A DNA stretch of 63,561 nucleotides, filler included, from Asterionella formosa (lineage: Eukaryota), in NCBI GenBank assembly GCA_002256025.1. It is 10 parts of 10 records of this genome, joined end to end, with 100 filler letters (N's around TTAATTAATTAA, not from the genome) between each part and the next. Parts side by side here need not be neighbours in the genome. Positions count along the whole stretch, not along the records: positions 25,323 to 50,534 come from NKIB01002035.1; 9 more parts are not named here. One strand, 5' to 3'. The translations under genes and the position numbers were made by a program. The notes beneath the pieces were generated by a model. That model saw nothing but the letters and a program-made list of their open reading frames with translations, was not told the DNA's origin and ran no database searches. Below, piece after piece: positions 34,701 to 46,958 of the stretch; positions within the stretch are counted from its first letter, which is position 1, and each line of letters opens with the position of its first letter.

Positions 34701-37700
34701 ATTCGTCATGCCTGGACCAGTTCGGCTCCGAATACTCACCTAGTCATAGTAGGAGTTAATCTCCCCCCTGCTTATGAAGAAACAATGAGGCTCGTTTGTC
34801 GTAAATTCCTGGCTGAACCAAACCCAAGCACGAAAGGATTCTTCGTGCGCTCGGAGGCTGATTTCTTGTCGATGAATGAAGCATTTACTGCCGTGTCACG
34901 CTGCCTGCCAGTTTCCATGACTTTTGAGTTGGATGGTGTTCTCAGCGATGAAGAGTGTCGTGTTCTCGTCAATCGTTTTCTCCCCGAATTCATCCCAAAA
35001 GAAAATATGCTGTTGCACGAGGCGTGGATCAAGTTCCTCTATAGGCGAGTCAAAGTGTTGGACGATAATAATTCCTTCAACTTCAACGAAACTCATGATC
35101 ACCTTGGAAGTACGCTGATGGAAGTCATGCTGTCAGAGGTAGAGAGATTTCTTTCTGTGAACCAAAGTCACGACTGGATTGAACGAAACTACGCACAACT
35201 AATTTATGATTTTGCCGGTGACTCCCCTGAATTCCGCTTGCTATGCACTGCCCCTGATCGGCTGAACGCTGTGTTACGGAACAAATTAGAAAGCCTTGAC
35301 CTACCCGGTTTCCAGATTCCATCTACTGCAGATTTACAACAAATTGAAACTCTCCATCAATATCTCTCTCAAGCCATGTCTATCCCTCTGTCAACGAACT
35401 CAAAGGGGGAAGCCGTCTTGTCTTGCATAGAGGATAGTGGCTTCGTGCTTACTCTTGATTTTGCGGTGAAACTTCTGCTTATTCATGAGCGCGTGGAATG
35501 TAGACTTCCAGTTATTTTGGAGGGGGAAACTGGGGTTTCGAAGACAGCTTTGACAAAAATGTACTCAATCTTGAGAAACTACGTGCTCGCACCAAAGCAC
35601 CAACAAAAATCTTTCTTTGAAATCAACATTGATTCATCGCTGACTGAAAATGATCTTGTCGGCCAATTTGAGCGCATCCGTATTGCTGCGAGGGATTCGC
35701 TTTCCGACGATGTTTCAATTGTTGTATTTTTGGACGGTAAGGAGCCTTTGAAATGAAATATCTTCGTTTTTATATGCAATCTAATCTTCTGGTCCAACAG
35801 AAATCAACACTTCATCCATAATCGGATTTTTGAAAGGGATCATCGTTGATCATCGTCTCGCCGGAGACAAACTGGAGACAAACATCATCGTCGTATCCGC
35901 TTGCAATCCGGCGAAAACAGAGGCGACTACTAATGGTCAAAGTTCGAGAGAATCAGATTTGGGACGAGAATGGGCAAGCGGACATTATCAAGTTTGTGAA
36001 CTTCCTCTGTCCATTACAGTATTGAAGTGGTGGTTTGCTTCACTTAACTACGCCCAAGAAAAAGAATTTGTTCATCGGCGGCTCGAGATGATGGAGCATA
36101 CCAACATTTTACGGAGCAATCGCCACACATGTACCGAGCTTATTGCTTCGGCGCAACAACTTGTTCGCAGTCTCGCCGAAAGGAACATTCTGCAAGCGCT
36201 TACACGCACACGAGATTGCCAGCAAGGGAATGTATCCAACGAAGAGCTCGAGGGCGACGCGCGCAATCGCTCGAGATCGGTTGTTTCATTGAGAGACATC
36301 CAACGGGTGTTCAGTTTGTTCGATTTCTTCGCTGACAAGATGCATGTTTGGGAGCATAATAGCATCCCAAAGGACCACTCTATGGCTATCGTACTGTCTG
36401 TGATGATTGTGTACTACATGAGACTAGATTCAGAAAGTAGGCTGGAGTTTATTGAGGGTATCGAATCCAAAATATCCAGTGATTTTCTCGAGGGGGTTGG
36501 AATTGAAAATGTTCTCAAAAACGCAGTGGATGCAATCATAAAAGATACGGAGGTCCCTGCCGGCATTGCTCTTACCGAAGGCTTGAAGTAGAATATCTTT
36601 ATGACATTGGTTTGTTCACTGTCTCGCACGCCACTGATGATAGTTGGTCCACCAGGGTCTTCCAAGGTAAGCACGACATGCATGTATCTCATCTTCAACA
36701 GGCTTTTCTCTGCTAAGCAAGCTAGCTACCTTGTCTTTAGACATTGTCAGTGAATATAGTATCAGACAATGCAAACGGCGAAGACAGTCCTAGTCCATTC
36801 TACCGCCACCACGCAAGGATTTCTCTCTATCACTACCAATGCAGCCGACAGTCAACCAGCAAAGAGATTGCAGATGTTTTCAAGAAGGCGACTCAGCGAC
36901 AAGACAAATTGGATCCCGAGAAACAACGATGTGTTGTTTTCATGGATGAAGCTGGCCTTCCCGAAGAAGATAAGGAAAGTCTCAAGGTGCTGCATTACCT
37001 TCTCGAAGGCCATATGTCGATAAAAGCACACGTCGGGTTTGTTGCTATTACCAATCACGTCCTCGATGCCGCAAAGAGCAATCGTTGCATCATGCTGCTT
37101 CGGCAGGAGCCGGATGCAAATGAAATGCTTACTATTACTAGAGGAGTGCTGTTTGATTTAAAAGGTATTTCTAGAGTCAAAGATGTTGACATTGATGGTG
37201 AACTTTTATCCAACGATACGTTTGCGTTGTGTTTGTGCAATTCTTATGAAAAGCTGTTGCATCGCATCGAAGGGTGTTCATATTTCGGCACCTTTTTCGG
37301 GTTACGTGACTTTATCTACTTGCTCAAGGCCATTCGATTAGCATCGGAAATATCTGCTGTTCGGATGAAGTTGCCACTTCTTGTATTTGTTGGTTGCGTG
37401 GAACGAAATTTTAATGGTGTTCCCCGCCATCATCTAAACAGAATTGTGAACTGCTTTGTCGAACCCCTTGAAATTTGTGCAAAGTCAAATGCGAACTTGC
37501 TTTTGCGCCATCCATTGGACGTAATAGCCGACTCTCATCATCCGATACAGCAAATGATGTCTCCAATCGGCCAAGGTTCAAGCTGATAATTGACTGTACA
37601 GAGGACGATTCTATCATGCGACTTCTTCTTATAGCCGGCATCATTGACTTACCGAAGAAGTCACTGTTCAAGCTATCTCATCTACCTGAAGAAGTGGACA

Positions 37701-40700
37701 TGGAAAAATTGAATCTCATATCAGGGGTAAAGTTCGCAGCACTCAAAGGTAACTTGGCCATATTAAGCCAGACCGACCCTGTTCAAGAATCCTTTTATGA
37801 TCTCTTCAATCAACATTTTCGAGCTGTCGCAGGCCGCAATGGAAAGATTTCACTTTATGCAAATATTGCTGTCGGTGGCATCTCAAGGCGCTCTCTAGTT
37901 CACCCTGCATTTGAATGTATTGTGCACGTGCGGGAGTCCAAAATGTCATGCATGCCTGCCCCATTCTTAAACAGGTTTGAAAAATTCATTTTGAGCGTCC
38001 AAGACGTACTCGAACGTGGCCTCTTGTCGTTGGGCGGTGAAGTAGCAGCTTGCTTTGAGAGAGCACGACAAAAAACTTTTGAGCTTGCTTGTATCTTCGG
38101 GTCGAATGGTCTTGTTGGCATTATTGCTGGTCAGACCATCAACAGTATTTTCGCTGACATGTTACCCAGATTGAAAAACGACCGCAATGGGAGGCCAATT
38201 GATAATTCTAATGATGCGACGCATTCCCTTTCTTCAGCACTCATGAATTTTGTTCAACAAACAACATCGTTAAAAGTTGAGAAAGCAGACATTGACTATA
38301 TCATTGAAATTGCGATGGAATCGCTTGATGATACCTGCTGTTTACTTCTTGAGCATCTCCACAGTGGCAACGGGTCCCAAGTAGCGAATACTCTTCAGCA
38401 GCTCAGCAGTATGGATGTTTTGACTGATGGTTGCCCACATCTTCACCGACTACTTTCAATTTTATTTCAGATGCTAGTTACCCGGTCTGCAATGCTTCAA
38501 TTGCTTCAATTAGCAACCCCGGAAACCTTGTTTTCGAACAGGTGAGTATTCGTTGAAATGCTTCGTTACAAAAATTTCATGAGTGCCTCAATGTGCTTGT
38601 CCTCACTGAAATTCGCAATAGGAGTCGACTTCCAATCTATTTAATCTCGGCCTATTTTCTACAAGAGCATTTCTCGCTAAATCGACTCTTATCAAGAGTT
38701 GAATCAAATGACCAGCAACATAATCAATCATCTTTCACCATGTTATACACCAGAACCGACGCGACTATTCACAGCATTCCATCAATGTTCCCCGATGGCA
38801 CAGTCGCCGAAACGTTCTCGTTTAAATTGTTTCACCGCTTCGTTTCCGAGAATTCGACTCGTTGCGTTGTTGAGCACCTATCAAAGATTCGGAACGAAGC
38901 GTCTTTGCGGTCTTTTCTGGAAGCTTGGATACAGAGTGACACTAAATCAATGTGTTTGATACTCGTTGATATGAGCCGACATGAATCCGTCGAGTCAACG
39001 AATTTTGTCCGGATGCTGGCAGAGCAGCTTTTAGTAGGGACTCGAAAGAAGTCTTTCATCTTGCTACTTCATTATCCTGCATCATTGGAGCAGGGATTGA
39101 CTTGGTATCCGGCGTTATTCCTTGGAGGATGGAACCATATCTTTTTGGACAATATTGGTGTGAAGGAAACCTCGATTGATCTTGAATATTTGATTCGGGC
39201 TGCTTGCGAAAGTGAAAATCTAGACGAAGGAATCATTCATTCACAGCTCGCGTCGACAGTGACTATGCTTCTCCCTCGAGTATTACCTCATGTGGCCAGC
39301 CGAATGTGGCTATACCCCAAACAAGATGGCGGACAGAGCTTGTTCTCTGCCCGAAAAACAAGAATCAGCCGATTAATGAAGACAGAGGTGGGCAAGGCCA
39401 CTATTAGTCAGATTCTCTGCGAGAAATATGCCCGTATGTGGTCAATGCAAGCATTGCTGGCAACCATCAACGGATTAACCTTTGGATTACTTCAAGGGAC
39501 TTCTCAGCTATCCATGTGCATGTCGATGCAAAGTATTTTGATGGAAACCTTTGATTCATTTATCGCTCTGTCTGTAAAAGGAATGAATGAATGGCTAAAC
39601 CTTGATATCCTTTGGACCAGGGACCAATCAAAGGAAACGCTGAAAGTATTCGGTATTGTCCTTGCAGGAATGCCAGTCCTCCCGTTAGAAGAGCTCATCC
39701 TTTACCGAGAACGAGTTCCTTCATTGCCACGCCTCCCATTTGAGCCAGAGCAGCAATGGCTTGCCGTATGTTTCCCTTTCTTTTACTTCATATCGACATA
39801 CCTTGATGAACTCGTTGCTGGTGTAATGCAGGAATTATCAGCTCGCGAACACGTCCGCATCGTAAATGATGATGCAGATGATATTTTCTGTAGAATTCAA
39901 CGTCGTCTCGACACAAGCGCTGCTGAGATTGGATGCCGTGGCGAACAAACTGTTGAATCGCAAAGAAGTAAAACTGTGAAAGATGTGGTTGAATTTGTTT
40001 CTGGGCACTCGCCCGATCTCGAAAAGGACTATTTGCACCAATTCATTGAATGGAAAGTGGGATGCCAGTGCAACGCTGTAATATTATCCTGGTTCGAAAA
40101 TCAAATGCATGAATTGAACAATGCGTCATATCCAGTAATTATCTGCATTCACGTGGTTTCTAAGTTGCATGAATTTGATTTAGTCAAAGTCGCTGCTTTT
40201 GCTGACTTTGTTCAGATTCACACTCCTTTGTCAGCATTGGAAATCCCAAATGCGATCCAAATGGCACTGCCGACCTCAAGCGGATTGCATTTGTTTACGC
40301 CATTATTAGAACACTTCGAGCATAGCCTATGCCATGAAAGCATCAATGGCAATCAAGAGTGGGTGAGAGACTTCACTCAGTTCGTCATCCAGCTCCCTTT
40401 CCTCCTCCGACGGACAGAGGTGCTGCCTTTCCTCTTCGAACGCCTGCGCCTACTGACATTTTCTTATATTCAAGCCCGGATTAGAACTGACTCGGAGATT
40501 CACCGATTTGAAGACCCTAACTTATCGAAATTTATTGAGGGTCTTCAATTTCTTGACCCCGACAAAGCAGTGGAAACAGTTGATCTAGCACTTCAATACT
40601 TTCTCTCTCGACAGTGGCTTGAAATCACCGACGCGTTTGTTGCAGAAGACTTTGGCTGTCTGATTAGTCTCATGAAAGGAGGCTGCAAAAAGTCCAAAAG

Positions 40701-43700
40701 GAGTCGATATCTGAGTCTTCTTATCCAGAATGCTTGCAAGAATTACCCTTCAACAGGCGGAAAGACTTTCGAGCTCTCAACTGCAGCCCTCACATTGTTA
40801 AACTCAAAGGTGTCGTTATCTTGCGCCTGTATGGCAGAGTTTGGAGAAGGGGAAACTCGAGTGCGAATTCCGCATTTTATTCCATCATGGTTGTCAGGAA
40901 CGACCAATAATGGCAGCGTTGGTGAACAAAAACCCGTGGCTTTCTTCAATATGTATGAGCATTGTTTTGGTGATTGCTTGCTGTCAGCAGCAACGTTTGA
41001 AATGATTTTTCAATCTACAGAGAGGGAAGCCCGATCGTTATCATCTGAAGACCTTCTAGTAAGACTGCAACGGGATATCGATCTAGAAAGCGGTTTGACG
41101 AAAAGTGAATACGCCCGCTTACAAAGACTTCGCATAGCGAACGATTCTTCCATGTCCTTAGTTGGGACGACCTTATCTGCAATGATCACAGATGCTCGCT
41201 TGTTGTGCTTCTTGGCCAAAGTCACTTGGGAGCTTGCAACTCATGGACATGCATTAGCTCTGACAGGCACTTACGGTATCGACGGAAGATTGCTACTAGA
41301 GAATACCATCGCGATTGCTTCTTGCAGATGGCGTGATTACTTTTTCTCGTCGATCATAAAAACCAGAGGCGAAGGAACGGCGGTTTGCCTACTATCTGAA
41401 CGAGGCTCTCTGAGTTCATTAGGTTTCTGCGAACCATATAAACACCGAATAAAATCTTCACAGGATGGGTGCGAAAGGGTGTTACGTGATGCTGAAATGG
41501 CACTAGCAGATGCGATTAACGAAGAAGCGATAAAGACTCAAGAGTGGCGTCTGTGTCCTCACTGCCACATGCCGTTCATCATCGCTGCGATCAACTGTGG
41601 CCAATTTACTTGTGGCAAACATTTTCATGATGTGAAAGGTAAACATGGATGCGGTCAGGCATTCGACATTGGTCATGCTGGGCAATACGCCGTAGACCAA
41701 GCCCTTTTGGAAACGCTTCGAATTGCAGTGGAAGTTGCTCGCGAGGACTTCGCATCATCCAGGCATGGCGGCGAGCTTTGGAGTGCAGCTAGAAATTTCA
41801 ACATACCAGTTTTGGTTGTAGAAGCTATATTAGATAACCGATTCCCTTCGTGTCTTCCATCCTTGTCTGCGATCGATTCAAACTGTATATCCGGGTCAAA
41901 CCTGTTGATTCGAAACATTTTGAATTCCCAAGGAATGACGGCGCAAATAGCAATTCTTCCGGATTTGGTCGAGTTTTACATGTGGCTTCATACACACTTT
42001 CGACACCTTATATCACGAAGGGTTGCCTTTGAATTGTTAATGAAGGATCTAATGAAAAGAGACCTTTTGCTGCAGCGTTTTGACCGAACGTTCACTGACC
42101 ATATATTGCTGGTTTGGAATCGTGTGGTATTGGGGTTCAATGCGTTGATTACGGCAACTAAAGGGAAGCTGCCGTGGCAATGTGAAGAAATCGAAATTCC
42201 ATTCCGATCTCTCGGTGACGCTTCCTTGTTATCGCTGTTAAGTGAAGGAGTCGACCCAACATCTGGCAATGACTTTTTGTTCCTAGCCATTCAATATATC
42301 ATTCTCCAATACAATGATCGTGCCGCAATTGTATCAGATTTGCATAACGAGAAAGGAGACACGTTAAGACCTTGCACATCAGTCCATCCTCGATTTCTCA
42401 TGTCAGCATGTGGGAGTGTACATATATTGAATAGATACGTCCAGCTTGACGAATCTGAACTCAATTGTTTTGCTCAGACTTCTTGGGATCCAGAACTAGA
42501 CGAGATTGATCGGGGGATTTTCGATAACAAATTGAAGGACCATTTGGCGATTCACTCTGCTCCGCCTTTGATTGGAAGTCCTCATATTTTTCTTCGAGAG
42601 GTATTTTGCTTTAGACATGAGGACGACAACATTGTCCACACGAATAAAGCAGGAGTCGTAATATTGAAGAGCAGTTCTGGAGAATACTTTGCAAACCAGC
42701 AAGACTATCAGCTCTTCGCTGACGTAGCAACCAGACTTGGCTGTTTTGGTGCCAGAGCAGATGGAGGAGACCTTGGGCGGACACTGAACGATTACTTTCA
42801 TGCATTTGGTTATGAGGACATCCGGAACATTTTTGAAGGACTTAGAACCCTTGTCGAAATCATTGGCGAGAATGGGGAAAGATCGCAGCAAACTTTCAAT
42901 TCTGTGAAAGAAGCGTTAATTTATTTGCATGTGTCGAATCTCGAAGAGTTGGGCTTTTGGTCGGAATTTAAGACGCAAATGAAATTGATTTTATCACTTA
43001 ATTCGATGCAGCTTGAAGAACTTGTGCTCTTTCTTGGTCGACAGCTTGCGTCAGAGGCCTATCTTTTTCGAGCATTACCACTATGTATGACGGATCCACT
43101 GTCACCATCCGTGCATGAGTCCTTGATTCATAATCTGGACAAGTTCAGAGGTGAGAGAGGCGTCTGTCGCTCACATGAACTTTTGGATGAATTTGTGAAG
43201 GACATTTTGAGTTACTATGAAAGAATGATACGGGATTGTGCATTGGATACCAGCGATACTTTGACCACAATGCTAACAAAAAATAATTGTTGTGATAAGT
43301 CTGATCCAATCTTTGCTCTGCTCCCTAAAGAAATTTCAGTCAGAAACTACCTCGGACTGCGACAACTGCTTCAGCAAACAAAGCTTCGTTGGCTCTACAA
43401 TGAATCGTTGATAGAGTGCGAGACGAGTGTTCCGGTTTTGCTGAAAGAAAAGAAGTTCCGACCAATCGTACGTGGTAACTGTTGGCTTTGGGAAGACCAG
43501 AACTTGTTGCAGCCCGTACATGAGGACAACACACTGAGACAAATGCCTGACATGGCAAGCAATTCCGGTATGTGGTTTGAAACCAGGTCTGAAGTTATAC
43601 CAAAGTCAGCAGTCCACCATGACAACGTCAATGAACATCTTACAGTATTGGCGGTTGACGTTGATATGGTTGACACTCAGATCAAAGGTAGTACCCGAAC

Positions 43701-44232
43701 AGAGGACGAAGCAACCCACCAGCAGACCTTCTATGAAAGGCTGAACGAAGTGCCTGTCCTTACTCCCAGGGAAGCAGCCATCTGCCTACTACAGCAATGG
43801 TGGAGATCGCGGGCACATTATTTGGAAAGCGACGATGAAGATATGAATGACTATGTTGAACTAATGACTCCAGATGTAGCCATCAGCTCAATTCAAAAGT
43901 GGTGGAGAAAGTGGTCCCACAAGTTGGAACCAAATGACCAAGACATGGACTACAATCTTGGACTTGCGCAAAACAACAGTGCGATTTTTCCTTTTCCGTA
44001 CGGCAGCCACCATGCTGAGATTGACTTGAGATCTTGGTTAAATGATTGCAGGCTACCTCAAAGTGCCGGTGACGAACTCGTCAAGCATGGGGTTAGAGAG
44101 CTCGGAGACTTGAAGGAGTTTGTTTCTTTGGGTTATCTGGCTGAACTGGATGGTGTTTCCTTTTTTGACAAGAAGAAGATTGAGAAAGACATTGAGGCAT
44201 TGATCAAAACAAGTGTAGGAGAAAAAGGATGA
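28737..44232 (+). pseudogene. Giant RNF213/mysterin-like AAA+ ATPase/E3 gene (~5,000 codons, at least 7 exons) with PA, VWA, Cys/His finger, IQ and SAM domains; 4 reading-frame lesions as assembled
   Basis: RNF213-type motifs in order: LPSSFEVL, SEYCGTGKT, FVLTLDFAVKLLLIHERVECRLPVILEGETGVSKT, VFLDEINT, VSACNP, VVSLRDIQRV, LK*NIFMTLVC..PLMIVGPPGSSKT, VFMDEAGLPE..LKVLHYLLE, FVAITNHVLDAAKSNR, FFGLRDF, ERNFNG, PAPFLNRFEK. GT-AG introns at 28807-28890, 33277-33337, 34376-34454, 35737-35800, 36667-36740 and 38542-38621. Lesions: TAA 29805, frameshift ~30330-30400, TAG 36589, frameshift ~37530. The 5' end is uncertain. Confidence 0.85.
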
Positions 44233-44983
44233 CTTTGTTAATCCGCTCTATCTAGGCGATGTCAATTCAATAAAATTCCGATCATGATACCGCTGCTACT
44301 ACTGATTATATTTGCTACCGGTTGCTAATATGCCGGTATATTTATATATTAGCTATGCAGGTAAAATGGGTTTCTGGAGTAAAAAAAGAAATGTGACTAT
44401 AAAAAGTGTTTTGATGGTAAATAATAAAATTCCATGTATACATAGCTAATTTTTAGCTTCCTCTTGGGTCGAAACTCCGATGTAGAAACTAAGTTGCGTC
44501 ATGGTGAGCGGCTTATAAATATACTTGATCAATAATTTGCCTACATAGCTACAGTGGTAATAAAAAATAGTAGAGAAATGAAAGCAATTTCCTCTTCATG
44601 ATTTTAAAAGAGAGGAAGCAACATTAATACATAGCTACACCGGTATGTACGTAGCGCCTGTCCGGCGTGAACGAGCAAAATGACTGTTCGCATCGTCCAT
44701 TCTCATGTTAAAATGTAAAATCGACCACCACCAAATGCATCGACCGAACAGAAGCAAAAAACCTTCACCTACTTCCGCCTCTGAACCATTGTTAGCAAGT
44801 TGACAACTTTCTTATATAACATACATAGCTAGACTATTCTATTATGCTGCGAATCGAAATGGGGCTCATGAGTTGAATGCACAAACTGATCCTCAAGAAG
44901 CCACACAGACAAGATCGAGTTCTAGCAACATACAAGTCGCGGTAGTTACATCATCGCGCAGGCTCAACAAGAACAAAGCTACG

Positions 44984-46822
44984 ATGGTGTCGCTACAACA
45001 TGGATTCCCGTTCCTGGTTGGGGCTGCCTTCTGTATTGCAGTCTTGGGTCTCGCTGGCAACTTCCTCCACCTTCAGTCCCTCATGAGCACTGAGGCGGAA
45101 TTCGAAGACATGACGCACCATTTTTTGCCAGCCTTGACGAAGACACAGCGACACATGTCAGAAAATCAGGTCTTTCAGAGAATGCTCCGGGAGAGCATTG
45201 CCAGCTTGGAGGATTGCCAACAGCTAGAAACACACAACATACCGAACCTGCAGGATGCATGGATGGCAAATAGGTCCCAGCGCCTGCCGCGATTCGGATT
45301 TATGAATGCCTTGACCAACTATTTGGCCGTCCCATCAGCTGTCGATACAAGGCAATGTCACTACCCCCCAGAGACGTCGTGTCAGGTTCCATCGTATTCC
45401 ATATTCACTACATCCACGGGGGAGAATTTGAGGTCTCTATTTTTAAATTGCATGGGCTGGTTGACGCATGCTGGAGTGGCCACCCTGCAAGTGGTGCTCC
45501 CGAAGAATACCAAGGATTTAGTGGCGCAAGACGCAAAGTACGGCCAACGCTTGTTGTCATGGGACTCGGATGACACACACAAGGTGCAGCTTGTGTGGGT
45601 AGATACATTATGGGACGCTCTAACCAATCTTACGCAACTGTCGGAGGCAGTTTTGTTTATGAATGCGGATATAGACTGGGAGGGCACTACCAGAGGTATA
45701 GTGGCAGGGTTTGAGCTGTGGAAGCGGCATTCGGATAGCGTCGTTGTGTCCCATGGATGGCATTTGGAGGTTGCAGAGCAACGGCGTCTTGATGATGATA
45801 TCGGAAACGACACCATCGTCAGCAAAGAAATACATTCCGTTTGCAAGAACCAACGAGTAGTGACTACGGTGCAGTCCGACATTGAGCTCATGGCACTTTC
45901 AGGTGCCTTTGTTCATCGTTCGTTGTTGTGTTTCGTATCACACCCTGTTTTGAAACCTTACCGACAATTCACAACTAATTTACAAGAAGCAAGAATCGCT
46001 CTAAGCATTCTCTTGAGTCAATTGAGTGGACATTCACCAAGACTATTTCCGGCGATAGTGCGTGGACCAGGAGAGGGGAGACGTAAGCAAATGAGAAAAG
46101 CACAATCAATCCTTCAACTGCAAGAATCTGGATCAAAGATTCCACTCGCCGCATCTGGCTTGAACGAAACGGAATCCACAAAGCAAACTGATGCCAGGGA
46201 TGATGCCACGCCGGACGACAATGCTTTGACAAATGGAGTCGTGACTATTGCAGGCAAGGCCGGGGCATTGGTACCAAAGATGACAAAATCAAAAGTCTAT
46301 ACCACTTCCAAAAATGGTCAATTGGTACCCGAGAAAATACAAATTTCAGATTCAAAAGCTTTAAGGGGTGCTACTGACACCATGCCCTCAACGACAGCAA
46401 CAAATAAGAATATTGCCAAAACCTTGGCTGAATCGACGTTTCCACTGTCACATGCTGTCGTGGGCACAAATAACCAAGAAATCGCGATACAGCCGCATAC
46501 AAAAAAGCGAAGCTTGGCAAATCGCAAACGGGAAGCGATCCCAGGCCAAAGTCATGCCAGCTTGCCCGAAACTTCCGTCACGAGGAACGATCCGACGGCC
46601 CAATCTATCCCAATCCCATCCAAGCATCGACGATTACAAGACATGAGCTCGATTCAAGTCCTCGACGATAACTTTATGTCTGCCATCATTGGTTACTTTG
46701 GCAGCATGTCATTTGGAAGTGTATCTTGGTGTGAATCGGGATGCTCCATTTTGGAAGATGCCCTCGCTTCTGAGGTCACGTGGATTGAAGAGACGTGTGG
46801 AGACTTCGAAGGGAATACTTAG
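44984..46822 (+). CDS. Type II membrane protein with divergent glycosyltransferase family 64 (EXTL2-like) domain
   Basis: N-terminal TM anchor. SEAVLFMNADI...AGFELWKRHSDSVV resembles the GT64 pattern TEAVLxxDDD...FAFxVWxxxPDRxVG, followed by SGAFVHRSLL. Low-complexity insert near the C-terminus. Confidence 0.6.
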   Translation: MVSLQHGFPFLVGAAFCIAVLGLAGNFLHLQSLMSTEAEFEDMTHHFLPALTKTQRHMSENQVFQRMLRESIASLEDCQQLETHNIPNLQDAWMANRSQRLPRFGFMNALTNYLAVPSAVDTRQCHYPPETSCQVPSYSIFTTSTGENLRSLFLNCMGWLTHAGVATLQVVLPKNTKDLVAQDAKYGQRLLSWDSDDTHKVQLVWVDTLWDALTNLTQLSEAVLFMNADIDWEGTTRGIVAGFELWKRHSDSVVVSHGWHLEVAEQRRLDDDIGNDTIVSKEIHSVCKNQRVVTTVQSDIELMALSGAFVHRSLLCFVSHPVLKPYRQFTTNLQEARIALSILLSQLSGHSPRLFPAIVRGPGEGRRKQMRKAQSILQLQESGSKIPLAASGLNETESTKQTDARDDATPDDNALTNGVVTIAGKAGALVPKMTKSKVYTTSKNGQLVPEKIQISDSKALRGATDTMPSTTATNKNIAKTLAESTFPLSHAVVGTNNQEIAIQPHTKKRSLANRKREAIPGQSHASLPETSVTRNDPTAQSIPIPSKHRRLQDMSSIQVLDDNFMSAIIGYFGSMSFGSVSWCESGCSILEDALASEVTWIEETCGDFEGNT

Positions 46823-46958
46823 TAAATGCAGCACTAATCCACTTGTTATTTTACCACGACTTAGCACACATCTTTACTTGACATCATTTACAGGTATAAA
46901 TAATTTACCGATTGGGGAAACATACAAGTTGTTCGGTATCATCGCACTGCAGTATCAT

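Noticed and set aside
29805..36591. Stop-codon reassignment (TAA/TAG read as sense) to explain in-frame stops in the RNF213-like gene
   Set aside because: Conserved genes in the window end normally with TAA, TAG or TGA and have no internal stops, and frameshifts co-occur with the stops.
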